From: Antedon mediterranea
Lineage: Eukaryota; Animalia; Echinodermata
Length of the DNA: 64,000 bases
Assembly: GCF_964355755.1 (NCBI RefSeq)
Contig: NC_092674.1
Coordinates: 19,096,001-19,160,000 of the forward strand
Direction: 5' to 3'
Positions 15,684 to 27,857 of the stretch are shown here, piece by piece. The notes below the pieces were generated by a model. It was not told where the DNA came from. It made no database searches and worked only from the letters and a program-made list of their open reading frames with translations. Positions within the stretch are counted from its first letter, which is position 1; each line of letters opens with the position of its first letter. The position numbers and the translations under genes are program-made.

Positions 15684-15723
<40 letters not shown>

Positions 15724-15830
15724 TAGTAGTAATGGTAGTAGTAGTAGTAGTAGTGGTAGTGGTAGTGGTAGTAGTAGTAGTGGTAGTGGTAGTGGTAGTA
15801 GTAGTAGTAGTAGTAGTGATAGTGGTAGTG

Positions 15831-15863
<33 letters not shown>

Positions 15864-15971
15864 ATGGTAGTAGTGGTAGTAGTAGTAATGGTAGTAGTAG
15901 TAGTAGTGGTAGTAGTAGTAGTAGTAATGGTAGTAGTAGTAGTAGTAATGGTAGTAGTAGTAGTAGTAGTA

Positions 15972-16011
<40 letters not shown>

Positions 16012-16134
16012 TAGTAGTAATGGTAGTAGTAGTAGTGGTAGTAGTAGTAGTGGTAGTAGTAGTAGTAGTAGTAGTGGTAGTAGTAGTAGTAGTAGTAGTG
16101 GTAGTGGTAGTAGTAGTTGGTAGTAGTAGTAGTG

Positions 16135-16180
<46 letters not shown>

Positions 16181-16212
16181 TAGTAGTAGTAGTAGTAGTA
16201 ATAGTAGTAGTG

Positions 16213-16309
<97 letters not shown>

Positions 16310-16350
16310 TAGTAGTAATGGTAGTAGTAGTAGTGGTAGTAGTAGTAGTG

Positions 16351-16383
<33 letters not shown>

Positions 16384-17375
16384 ATGGTAGTAGTAGTAGT
16401 AGTAGTGGTGGTAGTAGTAGTAGTAGTAGTAATGGTAGTAGTAGTAGTAGTAGTAGTAGTAGTAATGGTAGTAATGGTAGTAGTAGTAGTAGTAGTAGTA
16501 GGAGTAGTAGTAGTATGTTGTAAGTCTAACCAGAGATCACTCTTATTTGATCTAACTATCATACTTTTTAATAACAATGCCGTACATTTAAATAACATGT
16601 TGCATTTTATAATAAACTTTCTAATGTATTACTCTTGTTTTTCCGTGCAATAATTGACAATATTAAAAACATTAATATACGTACTATAGTGCATATAATC
16701 TGAGTTTTATTATATACCTGTGGTTGTTTCAATAGGCAAGTTAAAATTAGTTGATGAATGTGTACCTTCTGGTGTATAAATAGTACGCATAGTGTATGGT
16801 ATTGGTGAACTAGCGTTATCATCAAAATCAGACGTGTCATCGTAAATCTGTCTTGAGATATCGTTATCGAGTGGCAAACTCATATCATCTCTTGGCGTAT
16901 CTGATTGTATAATCGATAGTTTATCAATAATCAGTACAATTATGGAATTTCACTTTTCCGTGGTAAAATAATGAATTCTATTAATGAACACATTAAGCTT
17001 TAATAGATAGGCCTATACGGTACAGTATTTGCATATAACCAATATACATATAGTGCACTTTAAGATAAAAATTATATATTCACAAAACTTTTGAAGAACA
17101 CTAATTTTGACTTACATTGTCCATACGAAATGTGCTCAGCACCAGTAACCTGCAAATGTGTGCACTGGTGGGCAATGGATTGATTAAAAGGTACAGCCAT
17201 GATGCACGCATGACTTGGTGATGTTACGAAGAAATGTGACACGTATTGACTATATACGAAGTCATGAATTTCCAAAGTGCCGGTGACGAAAGTTGATGTT
17301 TTCTTATCCAGGTCTGTTCGCATGATAGATTTATCATTTTTAGACCAGTATAGTTGGTTTTCTGGATAAGGCAAA

Positions 17376-17416
<41 letters not shown>

Positions 17417-20400
17417 ATAATGATAATCAAGAATAATCTTATTACAAAAATATTGGTAAAATTAACGAGGCTCTATTTAATAATACGACTTTCTTTACTT
17501 TCTAAAGTTTAAAAAATTATAATCATTACGGCATATTACTACAATAGTAAATATCGATAAAATAGCACATACTCTTCTTAGCCACAAAAAGACTATGGTA
17601 GAAATCATTAGTAGTAGCCTCGTCAGTATCAAAATACACATATTCTTGAGTGTCAATTTTATATTCACCCACGGAATCACTGTTCGCTGTTACATAGTAG
17701 ACATAGCTAAAACAAGTATAAGAATATTGTTAATTGTTTTTAATCATGTTAATGCTCATTTTTATTATTTTATTTATTTATTAAAATTTAAAAGAGGATA
17801 ACCCTAAATAGTATATGCTGACAATCAAGGGGTCCTCATATAAACATATAAAAAACATGCTATATGTTAAAAATATATACATACATATACTGTATACACT
17901 TACACATATATGCTATACAACAATACACAAATATAGCCCACAATACTATACAAAACGTGGACATTTTTTATTTGGTGTCACATATTTAGTTAAAGTGTGG
18001 ACAGAGATGTTCATGGTGTTTTCACTGGCTGTGTTGAGGCAATCTTAATCGTTCAAACTACGCCGTACAAATAAATACAAGATGCGGGAAAATAATGAAA
18101 GGAAATAACCTAGTCTCCACTCACAAAACCTCTATTTGCAAACACGAGAGTAAATTCGCAGTTAAACTCACAGTTAAACTAAGTTTGACAAACAATTCCT
18201 AGTAATACCTAGTCTATACACAATCTTCTGTTTGCCAACACGAGAGTAAACTCACAGTTAAACTAAGTTTGACAAACAATTCTTCGTAATACCTAGTCTA
18301 TACACAATCTTCTGTTTGCAAACACGAGAGTAAACTCACAGTTAAACTAAGTTTGACAAACAATTCCTAGTACTGTAATACCTATTCTATACACAATCTT
18401 CTGTTTGCAAACACGAGAGTAAACTCACAGTTAAACTAAGTTTGACAAACAATACCTTGTGTGTAAGGTGTGATTGTTACTAGTACTAATCACTATGTGT
18501 TATTCTTGTTGAACGTCAATTTGAACTTAATATATGGATGAATGATTGAAAGAAAGAACGAACAAACGAAAAAAAATGATTGAAAATAAAATTTGTTTTA
18601 AAAGAAGAAAATAACAATAACAGCGACGACAACAGCCATTTGCCATATATGTATGCAATAATATGCCTATACATAATGTAGCTGCTAATTGTATTGGTGA
18701 AAAGATTGGCCACACATCTGGCAAAAGTGAGTTTCAGACTCAAACCCGTTAAGAGCATGAACAGAATCATTGTTTTATTTTAATAGTCAACAAAGTAGAA
18801 TAGCTGTTTATAATTGTTAAACCAGGTAATTTTATTACTGAATCTATAAAATTTAATAAAATCATTTGTTAACTGTTCAGCAACGAGTTACTTCGCTTAA
18901 TATCATATTAACTATTCTATTATTCGTAGTGAGTATGCTACAATTTGAAATTAACTTGCTTCTTATGGAACTGCATATCTTGAAAGTCACCATCCAATTG
19001 TAAAAGAACAGCAGATTCTGTGCCATCAAAACGAAACAATGTGTTTTCCTGAGTCCAGTATAGATTTGAAAGATCTACATCAAGTGCCAACACGTCTAAG
19101 TCTATGAAAGTAAAACATAAGTAACGACACGGCAACTATAACAACACTCATAAACATAATGATATAGTATTTTAACTTAAAAATAAACTATTACCTAACA
19201 AAAGCTACAAATTGAATGATTCAATGTGGTAAAAGGTAAACTTTAGCATCAAACAAGCTGTACAGAGACACACGTATTATTATGTCATGACGATAAAAAT
19301 GGAAGCAAACGAATAACACCTAACAATCATTTTATGACATTCGTAGCCCAGCTATATGCCTAATAATTTTATGGTAAATACATAAAAAATGAATATATAA
19401 TGGAAACATTATAACATATATTAATAAATAATAACAATAACAACCACCACAGTAGTAGTAGCTGCAACGTTATAGCAACAATTTAAAGTGATTGTTTAGA
19501 AGTTACAGTATTGAGCTACGAGAGGATAAAAATAGGGGAAACAGTATTTCGACACGAGAGTCTTACGGCCCTTTATTTTGCATCAGTCATGACAATTAGT
19601 TTCTTTGTAAATGACTGACATTAGCATTAGCAACTAAATCTAAATAATGATCTAGAAAAACAGTCGGCCTACTTGCGGCTATATTTCTTGACCCCTACCC
19701 CATCTATAATATATAACATGTCCATAATTACATATGAGTCTTATTAGCTATCTTAAAAATAAAATCGTTGGTATTATTTTTAATTGTTGAACACAATTTT
19801 ACTGTTAAAGAAAACTGATGTCATTATTATATTATTATATATCATCACATGCCAGCAAAGGCCATACCGAGAATCTCTCAACTGAGAATCTCTCTACCAC
19901 TACTACTACTACTACCACTCTACCACTAAGACAAGATTGACATTTTTTCGCGGGTAATCTCTAATTTTCTAACATGGCAATTTAAATATGGGCTAGCAAG
20001 AACAACTAGCTATGGTGACCAATTCCTAAACTTACCAATATCATCAATTACGAGTTCAGATTCACCTCCATAAACAGACGAGCGTCTAATCTCCCTTGTC
20101 TGTATGTCAGAATGTGGACCATTTACCCAATACACAAATTCCGTTTCTCGATCATATGTTATTTCATGAGGATTGTGAACATCAGCCAACCCAAGGACTC
20201 CATGATGACTTAAGAGATGCGGATTCTCTTCATCAATATCAAGTAAAGCAAACATGATTACATCCTGTTCCGGAACACTAACAAGTAATATACCTAAAAA
20301 TACAATTATAATATAGTTATATAAAATCGTTAACTTAATTATGAGGGTGTCATAATAAACAAATCTTCATGATAATGCGTTCACAATGATTGATCCAACC

Positions 20401-22066
20401 TAAATATTTTGAAACAATATAAAGTAAGTGAGACAGGCAAAGAAAATTCTAAACCGCCCGGTGGTGATATACTGAAAATGTATTAATTAATTAGAAACGA
20501 TGAGATATGTATGAGATATAAATATCTATACATATATAATTACTGAAAATAATGACAATGATGTGGGTATCAGTGGCTGAATCTCAATGGAGAATGTAAA
20601 ATACGCAAAAAGCTAAATCAAAACGATAATGTAAAACAACCAGACAAATTTGCAGAGCTTTCGGGAAACAGTAGCCCTTCATCAGTGCAGGTTCGAACCC
20701 CACCAGAGACATTTTTTCATACAACTAAAAATACAGAACTTTCGCGACGCGATTATGAGATTATGTTCCGAATATGAGCACTCTTTCAATAATTTGACAG
20801 TACCAGAAGGTGAGCTCGCTTCGCTCGCTCCCTCTCTAGGAAGTGTAGACGATGGTTCTCGGAATGATAATGACTCGGGTAAAACGGTTAGAAGGACGTT
20901 TTGGCTCGGTCGGTTACCATTATTAAAATGCTTGACATTCGTAAAACTAAACCTACTCTGTTCTGTTTCTCAGTGTCTTAGATGACATTTTAAAGTATAG
21001 TGTTTATTGTTTGTCCGATAAATTCTACAAATAGTATAATTGTGTTATAAAAATAATACAAAATGTAATTATTATTAATGATGTTTTATTGAGAAGGTGT
21101 TCGATTCCAATCATATATACGCTACTTCATTACGCCAGTATTTTCGATCCTCCTCCTTCCCCTCCTAACACACCCCAGATACTGGGTGATGTGTTTAAGA
21201 CGGTTCCAGTAGGCTACAAATTATGTTAGCCATCACTCCCAACCCATAATCCCTCAGTGGTATTTTTCAGATGTAGTTTAAAACATTCCCAGTACAGTTT
21301 CGGTCATGGTGATAGGCCTACATCCCCACCCCAAACTCCATGCCCCTTCCCAGGGATAACTAAAATACATTTTCCAACCACAATTCTGGTCAATTTGATA
21401 GCCAAGTACCCCTAGCCTAACCAAAATCACCTGAACCCCAACTCCCAACCCCCCTCTCCCACCAAATCCCCAGACTTTTTCAAATGTAGTTTAAAACTTT
21501 CCCGGTACAATTGCGATCATTTTGATACTCTATATGTATGGTTACATGCAGAAACAGAAATTTGTATAACGAACAAACATCGAAAGTGGGCCATTTTGAC
21601 CATATTCTGGCCCCTAACTTGGATCCAAGATGGGGGATGATGTTCAAATGTAGTTTAGAACTTTCTCATTTTGATACCCAATATGTAAGGTTATGTGCAG
21701 TAACAAAAATGTGTATAACGAACAAACAGACAGACAAACGTACAAACTTATAATATAGATAATAATATATACATAGAGTATATAGAAACTTTAAAGTAAA
21801 TTGTATAGATATATTTTATTCTATTCTAATTGATTCTAGATGTAAAACTAAAAGTTCGAATAAGATAAAAGGATGGGGGTGGGGGAGAGAAAGAAGAGTA
21901 GGCCTAAGTGAGAGAATTATTAATCAAATTTAACTGTGTGTAATAAAGTTAGGTGTATATTGAAGTTTGTAAAATACAAAACAAATACAAAATCGTACTT
22001 ACTAAATTCAGCTGAGGATACATTAATTAGAAAGATGAAAATATAGTAACATGAAAAAAGTATCAT
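6538..22066 (-). CDS. Adhesion G protein-coupled receptor (secretin-like 7TM, GAIN/GPS) with N-terminal YWTD/LDLR class B-like repeats; ~869 aa, 21 exons
   Basis: Phase-consistent exons: 22003-22066 (signal peptide MILFSCYYIFIFLINVSSA), 20036-20293, 18960-19101, 17573-17706, 17116-17361, 16718-16900, 15307-15398, 12938-13043, 12709-12816, 12308-12380, 11870-11996, 11530-11597, 10587-10704 (GPS WSSDGC...TCNCNHL|TSF), 10332-10429 (TM1), 9964-10069, 8980-9200 (TM3 HFELMCVFTWMLSEA), 8486-8546 (CWL), 8089-8192, 7610-7778 (LFPILGITW, LNSMQGVFIFI), 7038-7139 (VKEEWKK), 6538-6567 (stop). 7TM/GPS part is very secure; last exon and N-terminal linkage slightly less so. Confidence 0.88.
7440..7597. repeat. 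Degenerate (GAT/CAT)n microsatellite, intronic
   Basis: Run of GAT/GAC/GGT triplets just downstream of the 7610 splice donor. Confidence 0.75.
10587..10704 (-). CDS. GPS autoproteolysis exon of the adhesion GPCR
   Basis: tctag|T TGG ... TCG|gtaagc; encodes WSSDGCYSPDIMAEHNATCNCNHLTSFIIIF with canonical HL|T site and TSF stachel start. Confidence 0.92.
10733..11003. mobile_element. MITE built of ~17-bp subterminal repeats in inverted arrangement
   Basis: GCCACCCGGCC-like units on the left, GGCCGGGTGGC-like units on the right; GC-rich island inside an AT-rich intron. Confidence 0.65.
13472..14649 (+). mobile_element. Non-autonomous Helitron family A, 5'-truncated copy 1
   Basis: High identity to 23396-25587 and inverted 41800-42791; ends GCTCGCTTCGCTCGCGTACCATCTAG|T. 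Confidence 0.75.
14815..15133 (-). mobile_element. tRNA-derived CORE/MIR-like SINE with L2-type tail
   Basis: A box GTGGCGCAGT, B box GGTTCTAATCC, core TCCTTAGGCAAGACACTT...CCACCCAGGTGTACAAAATGGGTACC, tail GCGCTATATAAG...(ATT)n. Confidence 0.7.
15429..16515. repeat. ~1.1 kb (TAG/GTG/TAA)n trinucleotide microsatellite, intronic in the adhesion GPCR
   Basis: Direct inspection; produces spurious poly-V/S/T/Y ORFs. Confidence 0.97.
18109..18455. repeat. 84-bp tandem repeat, ~4 copies
   Basis: CTAGTCTATACACAATCTTCTGTTTGCAAACACGAGAGTAAACTCACAGTTAAACTAAGTTTGACAAACAAT... recurs at 18209, 18293, ~18382. Confidence 0.9.
20803..21759 (-). mobile_element. Non-autonomous Helitron family B
   Basis: Minus strand A|TCTATATTATAA...GTCTGTCTGTTTG start and CTAGAGAGGGAGCGAGCGAAGCGAGCTCACCTTCTGG|T hairpin end; A|T insertion site, no TSD. 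Confidence 0.65.
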
Positions 22067-22330
22067 CTGAAAGAACAATAGCATCATATCACAGCGCCGT
22101 AACTTAATTATGTATTGTTATAAATACCTTCAGACTTTCATAAATTAATACTCTGTTAAGGAATGTTACAGAATCCGGACATGTAAAAGTATATTTTTGT
22201 ACTTGCATATTACTTATAAAGTAGTCCAAAGAATAAAAAAAAGAAGAAATTACTAAACATTATGATGAAGACCTACATATTAATTCAATGTAAACCGGAA
22301 ATAAAAACACTATTAAAAGCATGTTTTATT

Positions 22331-22382
22331 CAGGGAAGAGTTAAATTACAAAAAAAAAATATTGTAATTTAACTCTTCCCTG
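22331..22382. mobile_element. 52-bp hairpin mini-MITE
   Basis: CAGGGAAGAGTTAAATTACAA/TTGTAATTTAACTCTTCCCTG inverted repeat, flanks GTTTTATT/GTTTAATT; sibling at 55056-55097. Confidence 0.65.
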
Positions 22383-23395
22383 GTTTAATTATTGTAATAG
22401 TGCAAATTCCTGTGGCATTGTAATATGTGTCTCACCCTAATTAATGGTGAATGGTCACACTCGCATACCGGTACTTTTTAAAAAGTAAATTCATATGTAG
22501 TACTTTGCGGAGAGAGGGAGTGAAAGTAAATTTCCACCTATCCATAAAATTATTCAAAAAAATACAGTAGAAGTGAAATTGTGAGATACAATAATAGGCC
22601 TACTACACCTAACAACGCATTACATGATCATGAATTACGCACACGATTAGCTTTAGGAGAAATTACTGTTGTAAAATCGATAATAGACAAAACTCACCCT
22701 TTTTAAAAAAAGCTTTTTAGTCGTTTCTGGAATGATCTTTGTCGACATTTGACACAATTAGTACATGGATACTGATTATATACTGTAGTGTAGTGCGCAT
22801 GTGACCTTCGACCAATAGACAGATTCAGGATTATTCATTTCAATGGCGACAATAATTTCCATAACGACAAGTATATAATAAATAATATATTTATGTACAG
22901 CCTAGTATATATAGTTACAGCTAAAGTAACAGGCGTTGAACACCAGAAAATTACCACACATCCAGACATGGGGTAAATCCTAGAAATATAGAAATAAAAA
23001 AACAAGCATTTAAGTGCGTTCCCCTATCACTTAACAGGCGCCCCTGTGAGTTACGAGTAGATGTATAATATATATACAGTATAAGTGAAATCAATATTTG
23101 TTTTTTTATTTTTTTCCTATGGAAGTGAAAATCTGGTTTGTTTCTTTTGATTCTTCTTTAATAAAGAAATTGAAGAAAAGTGGACCGAGAATAGACACAA
23201 GGCAACATAGCAATTAAGATAAACACCAATAATCAATACTAACTTTCTGTTGCCTGTAATTTAAATAACTAAATGTATAATGATATTATTTAAAAACAAG
23301 GCCATATACATGCCGCTGCGTGCTCAAATTTGAGTTAGTACCAACCGACATTAGTGAGCTGTAGAGTAAAAAAACCAACAAATTTGGTCAGTTCA

Positions 23396-25587
23396 TCTAT
23401 ATATAAATTTACGCAAGGGCAAAATTCGGTAAATCGCGCGTTTTTTCTAGAATGTTTACTCGATGGTATATAAAGTTGGTTAGAATCTCGGTACTGATTT
23501 TAACCACCTGATGTAACCCTGTTTACTAATTAAATTGAGTTAGATAATTAGTTATTGACAATTAAAACGAATTTAGGTTCAACGATTTGCCCCAAATAGG
23601 GGTGTTTTTCGATTGTGGTATACACTGTCTAATGGATGTCCGTCTTGAAAAATACCCACAAACAATAATACGAGGATGCTTCGCATTTTCCTATCTCCTC
23701 CTACGATAATTGTTTTTAATGGCTGAAAACCGGTTGAACAGCTCGAGTACAGCATCATAATGTTGAAGACAGGCCGCTTTTCTTTAAACAAGGCCAACAG
23801 CCATTAAGTCGCGTGCTACAATGCATAGTGATACCGGACCGACAGACAGACCGACAGACAGACCGACCGACCGACATAGTGAACTATACTGACCGAAATT
23901 ACTGAACATGTTTAAAAATGTTGAAATGTTTAAAAACATTTATATTTTTTTAATTTACACGTGCGTAGCCTGTCACTTTTGACGTGCTCGTATAACTTAA
24001 TTTCGAGTTGAAAAGTAAGTCAAGAAAACAGAAATCGGGCAAAAAGAGTGCGCAATAACATTTAACGCGCAGTGCGCGCGCAAAAATATGCGCACTCATG
24101 GCAACTTTGTAAACGCCTAAAATTGCCTGAAACGTACTCTTATTTCATCGAAAATAAATTTTGAAAATTTTAAGCGCGCGTACGCATGCGTTACATGCGC
24201 TACGCACGTAATTGTATTGCCATATGATGATTTATGCCCTGAAATTTATGAGTACCAAATTTTATTTAATTGTGATTCATGGTTGTGAAGATATTATTAC
24301 AAACGTGATTTCGTTAAATCGTGCGTAGACCGCGTAATTTTTTATTGCGCACCGTGAAAACATAACCACATTGATTCCTGGCCATAAGGAATATACTGTG
24401 AAAAATTGACCTAGCTAGATTAAACTGATATCAAGATAAGGTCAGAAAGCGATAAAACGCATAGTGATACCGGACCGACAGACAGACCGACAGACAGACA
24501 GACAGACATAGTGAATTAACTATAGAGTCGCTTCCACGCGACTAAAAATACTATTTTGATAGATTTAATATACGTTTATACAAATGTATTGATTTGCGAT
24601 GAATGGAACATTCCAATCTCTGTTCCACAAGTGTCTATTCCCTCAGGCGTCGTATACTCATAACAGAAATTCGATCCATTTTTTTTCAATCTGTGCTGCA
24701 GAGGTTGGATATAATTTTTTTTAACGGATAATGAGCTAGCGTTTTCAGTCGCCGTATATTATGTACAAATCTTTATTATTGCATTTAAACCACCCACATC
24801 ATCACCCTTCCCTCACTGGCATGAGTAGCGTTGTAAAGCCAGTAGAGGATAGGCCTACGGTGCATCAAATCCCCTAAACGCAGAACAACTTTGGTGGGTA
24901 GGGTAGGAACCAACTTAAGTCTGAATTGGCTCTAAGAAACAATTGAAAACCATTAGGCCTACTAATAAAGTTGAGTTAGATAATTTAATTTTTATTGACG
25001 ATTAAATCGATTTTATGATTTTCCCCGAATAGAGGTGGTTTTCACAAATTGTTTTACATTATATAAACATACACGTCGTAGTGATGTATCGTTACATGTA
25101 CTGTACTATTTCAATCGACTAGGACGGTGATAGTTTCAACAAAGTATTACATAGCAATGTTTTACTTTGTTTAGTGATATATTATTTGTAAAACATGAAA
25201 ACAATTAATATTTCGTTACTAAATGGATAAAGAATATATTTAATATATTTAAAAATTGTTCCTCTTTGCACCCATCCTCTTCCCCATCCCTCACCCCTAA
25301 TGTTACATACAAAACACAAATTAAGTTTGCTTAAATTTGACTTAAACAATTGGTCTCATTTTGTGACAAGTTTCTCTTTCGGAAGTAATTCTCAGGGTGC
25401 TAATTTTAGTTGAGTACATAAATCAGTGTCTATTTATTCGTTCCTGTAAACGACATGTATTATTGTACGTACATTTGAAATCGCCAGTTTTTTAACGCTG
25501 AAATTATTATGTATTCGAGAACAATCTACGGGCACGACCCCCGGCACGACCTAGATGGTACGCGAGCGAAGCGAGCGTACCATTTAG
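23396..25587 (+). mobile_element. Non-autonomous Helitron family A, full-length copy 2 carrying a nested HINE
   Basis: A|TCTATATATAAATTTACG 5' end; 3' palindrome CTAGATGGTACGC...GCGTACCATTTAG|T; colinear with the other two copies once 23789-24543 is removed. Confidence 0.8.
23789..24543 (-). mobile_element. HINE/DINE-like element nested in Helitron A
   Basis: Inserted in an A run (TCTTTAAA|AAATACT in copy 1); TTTTTAGTCGCGTGGAAGCGACT hairpin start, (GTCG/GTCT)n tracts, GGCCTTGTT end. Confidence 0.7.
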
Positions 25588-25782
25588 TAAAGTAAAATAT
25601 TGTGTGGGACTCGTCCCAATAGTCTTAACATAACATAACTTTAGCCCGAACTTGCTTTTGCATTTAAAGGGCGTGTGGGGTAGTGTGTTGGACGTTTGGT
25701 CGCGAGTTTGAATCCAAGCTCGTCGCATTCTTAGAAGCATTTTGTGTAAAAAGCGCTATAAGAACGAATATTATTATTTAAC

Positions 25783-26945
25783 TTACATCCGCCAAGGAGG
25801 TATGTGTAATCGGTAGCGTGTGTTTGTTACTTGGCAAATTTTCAATTTGGCCAATTTTGTAATGTTTGTTTTTATGGTAATACAATGCAAAAAGATAAAA
25901 TTAAACTTAATCGAATAGGAAATAGAGCAATTAGACTAGTAGGAGAGCACTTACCTGATGTTGAATCCTTGTATAAAGAAAATGTGTTAAAAAAAGTAAA
26001 AAGTATCATTGATGATGAAACACATCCTCTTCACAAACAATTTGCTCTCATGAATTCTGGCATAAGACTACGTGCACTTAATACCAAAACAAAACGGTTT
26101 AGGTGCTCGTTTGTACCTAATGCTATACACTTATATAACTCCAGAGTACAAAGGTAAAATGTAACCGATAATTTTTATCTAATTTTAACAATTTTTAGCC
26201 TCTTAACTTTTTGTGTGTGTTTTTGTAAATTGTATTTTATATTTTGCCAGTTTTCAAATCACATTTCTGTTTTTTAAATGGACAATAAAGTATATATGAC
26301 TATGACTACGACTATGAAGTATGTTGATGGGGGTGTGTGCGTGTGTGTGTGTTTGTCATCACTCTAGCGCTCACAGTTTTGATTCGAATGACTCCAAATT
26401 ACTACCATACATATCACCTGGTGCAAGGAAGACACTGCCCAATTTCGGTTAAAATCTGGACCACGGTCCCAATTCTGGACCACTTTTTAAAATTATTTTC
26501 AGACCTGCTAGTGTTAAAAGATAGGACAGAATTTTTCAAAAGCCGGCGAGCAGTCTTAAAGTAACAGGTAAACTGAAATTGCATTTTCTCGAGAACTACT
26601 TGTCCAAAAAACTTCATTTTTGTACAAGAGGCAAGAGTTATACTTTTTGATTTGTGATTTTGAAACATAATTTGATTTAATGTGCACGATTTTTGATGCG
26701 AGTAGTTTAAAAAAACCTATTTCTTTTCAAATTCACTCGTTTGATTTTCGCGTTGCTGTTCTATTGTTAGTCAACTGAAGCTATTGTTAATTGTGGAAAG
26801 GCTTGTTATAACCATTACACCAAACTCATGCTTGTAGTGAAATTAGCCTAAATCACAAACAGCATTAAGACACACACAAATATATATATATTTTTTTTAC
26901 GGGAGAAATCTTATGTAGGAGAATTTTACAGTAGGCGGAGGTATG
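25783..26945 (+). mobile_element. HINE-like element (TTACATCCGCCAAGGAGG...GGCGGAGGTA) interrupted by a LINE fragment
   Basis: Subterminal inverted TCCGCC/GGCGGA and GTGT tracts on both sides of the LINE insertion. Confidence 0.5.
25850..26316 (+). mobile_element. 5'-truncated Rex-Babar/L2-like LINE 3' end (ORF 25831-26157)
   Basis: IIDDETHPLH..F..MNSGIRLR...KTKRFRCSFVPNAIHLYN; AATAAA then (TATGAC)n tail. Confidence 0.8.
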
Positions 26946-27324
26946 GTGTTGTTTATCCGTGGTAACAGAAAGAGCATGACTAAAGATATGATCATGAACA
27001 ATTCTTCTAATTGTTTAAATTACAGACTTTGGTCTATAGTTGAATTGTCTAAAATTTGAATGTATTTGTTCACAATCGCTTATCGTTATAGATGAATACT
27101 CGTTAATCAAAACTTGAAATCCATAAAGGTTAGAAAAATATATATAAGATATTTATATTGAATGAATGGTAGTTAGCAGAATGAATGGTAGTTAGCAGAA
27201 TGAATGGTAGTTAGCAGAATGAATCGATGTATTCATTAGGTCTATTATTCTTATAAGAAATTCAAGAATACAAAAATAGTCTACATGATACATCTAAATT
27301 CTGTACTTTTTTTAGAATAATTGT

Positions 27325-27676
27325 CTATTTATTTTATTTTTTTTTATTTATTCGACTTCTCACTAACTCAGTTAGTGAAGGATCTGGACCAACAGGTGGT
27401 AAACACCTCTAAAACGGTCCAGTCCAAATTTGCACAGTGGCTGTGTTTGTGTGGACTAGTACACCGGAGTAACCCCCTACTCGTCTCGAAAGATGTACTA
27501 GGTTCTTTAAAGTGCGCATGAGCTATGTGTACACTGGACCTACGGTTTATAGTCCTTATCCGAGAAGACTCGTTCTACCACCAGAACCATGGAGCGAGTG
27601 AGCCTCGAACCCTTGCCGATGTTATGGCTACGTAATTACGGTTCCACTGTCTTAACCGCTCGGCCACTCACTCGCC
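27325..27676 (-). mobile_element. tRNA-derived Deu/Nin-domain SINE copy 1
   Basis: A box TGGCCGAGCGG, B box GGTTCGAG, central CGGATAAGGACTATAAACCGTAGGTCC...TTTAAAGAACC...GAGTAGGGGGTTAC.CCGGTGT resembling the Deu domain. Confidence 0.75.
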
Positions 27677-27857
27677 ATGTCGCAACAAAATGTGGGAAAT
27701 CTTATCCGTTTAAAAGTTAAAAACGAAGGTTGAAAGACATTTACTAACAATAACTACACATAGTCCCATTTTTAATTAACTAAATTAAAAATTGAAGAGG
27801 CCCTCTTAACGAAACCATGTTAATCAATGCTCTACGCACTTATGTTTGTAATAAATA

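Noticed and set aside
15384-16653. Long poly-V/S/T/Y ORFs as proteins
   Set aside because: Trivial translations of a trinucleotide microsatellite
27590-27676. tRNA gene
   Set aside because: Has A/B boxes but no canonical cloverleaf and continues into a SINE core; same for degenerate head at 36545-36625
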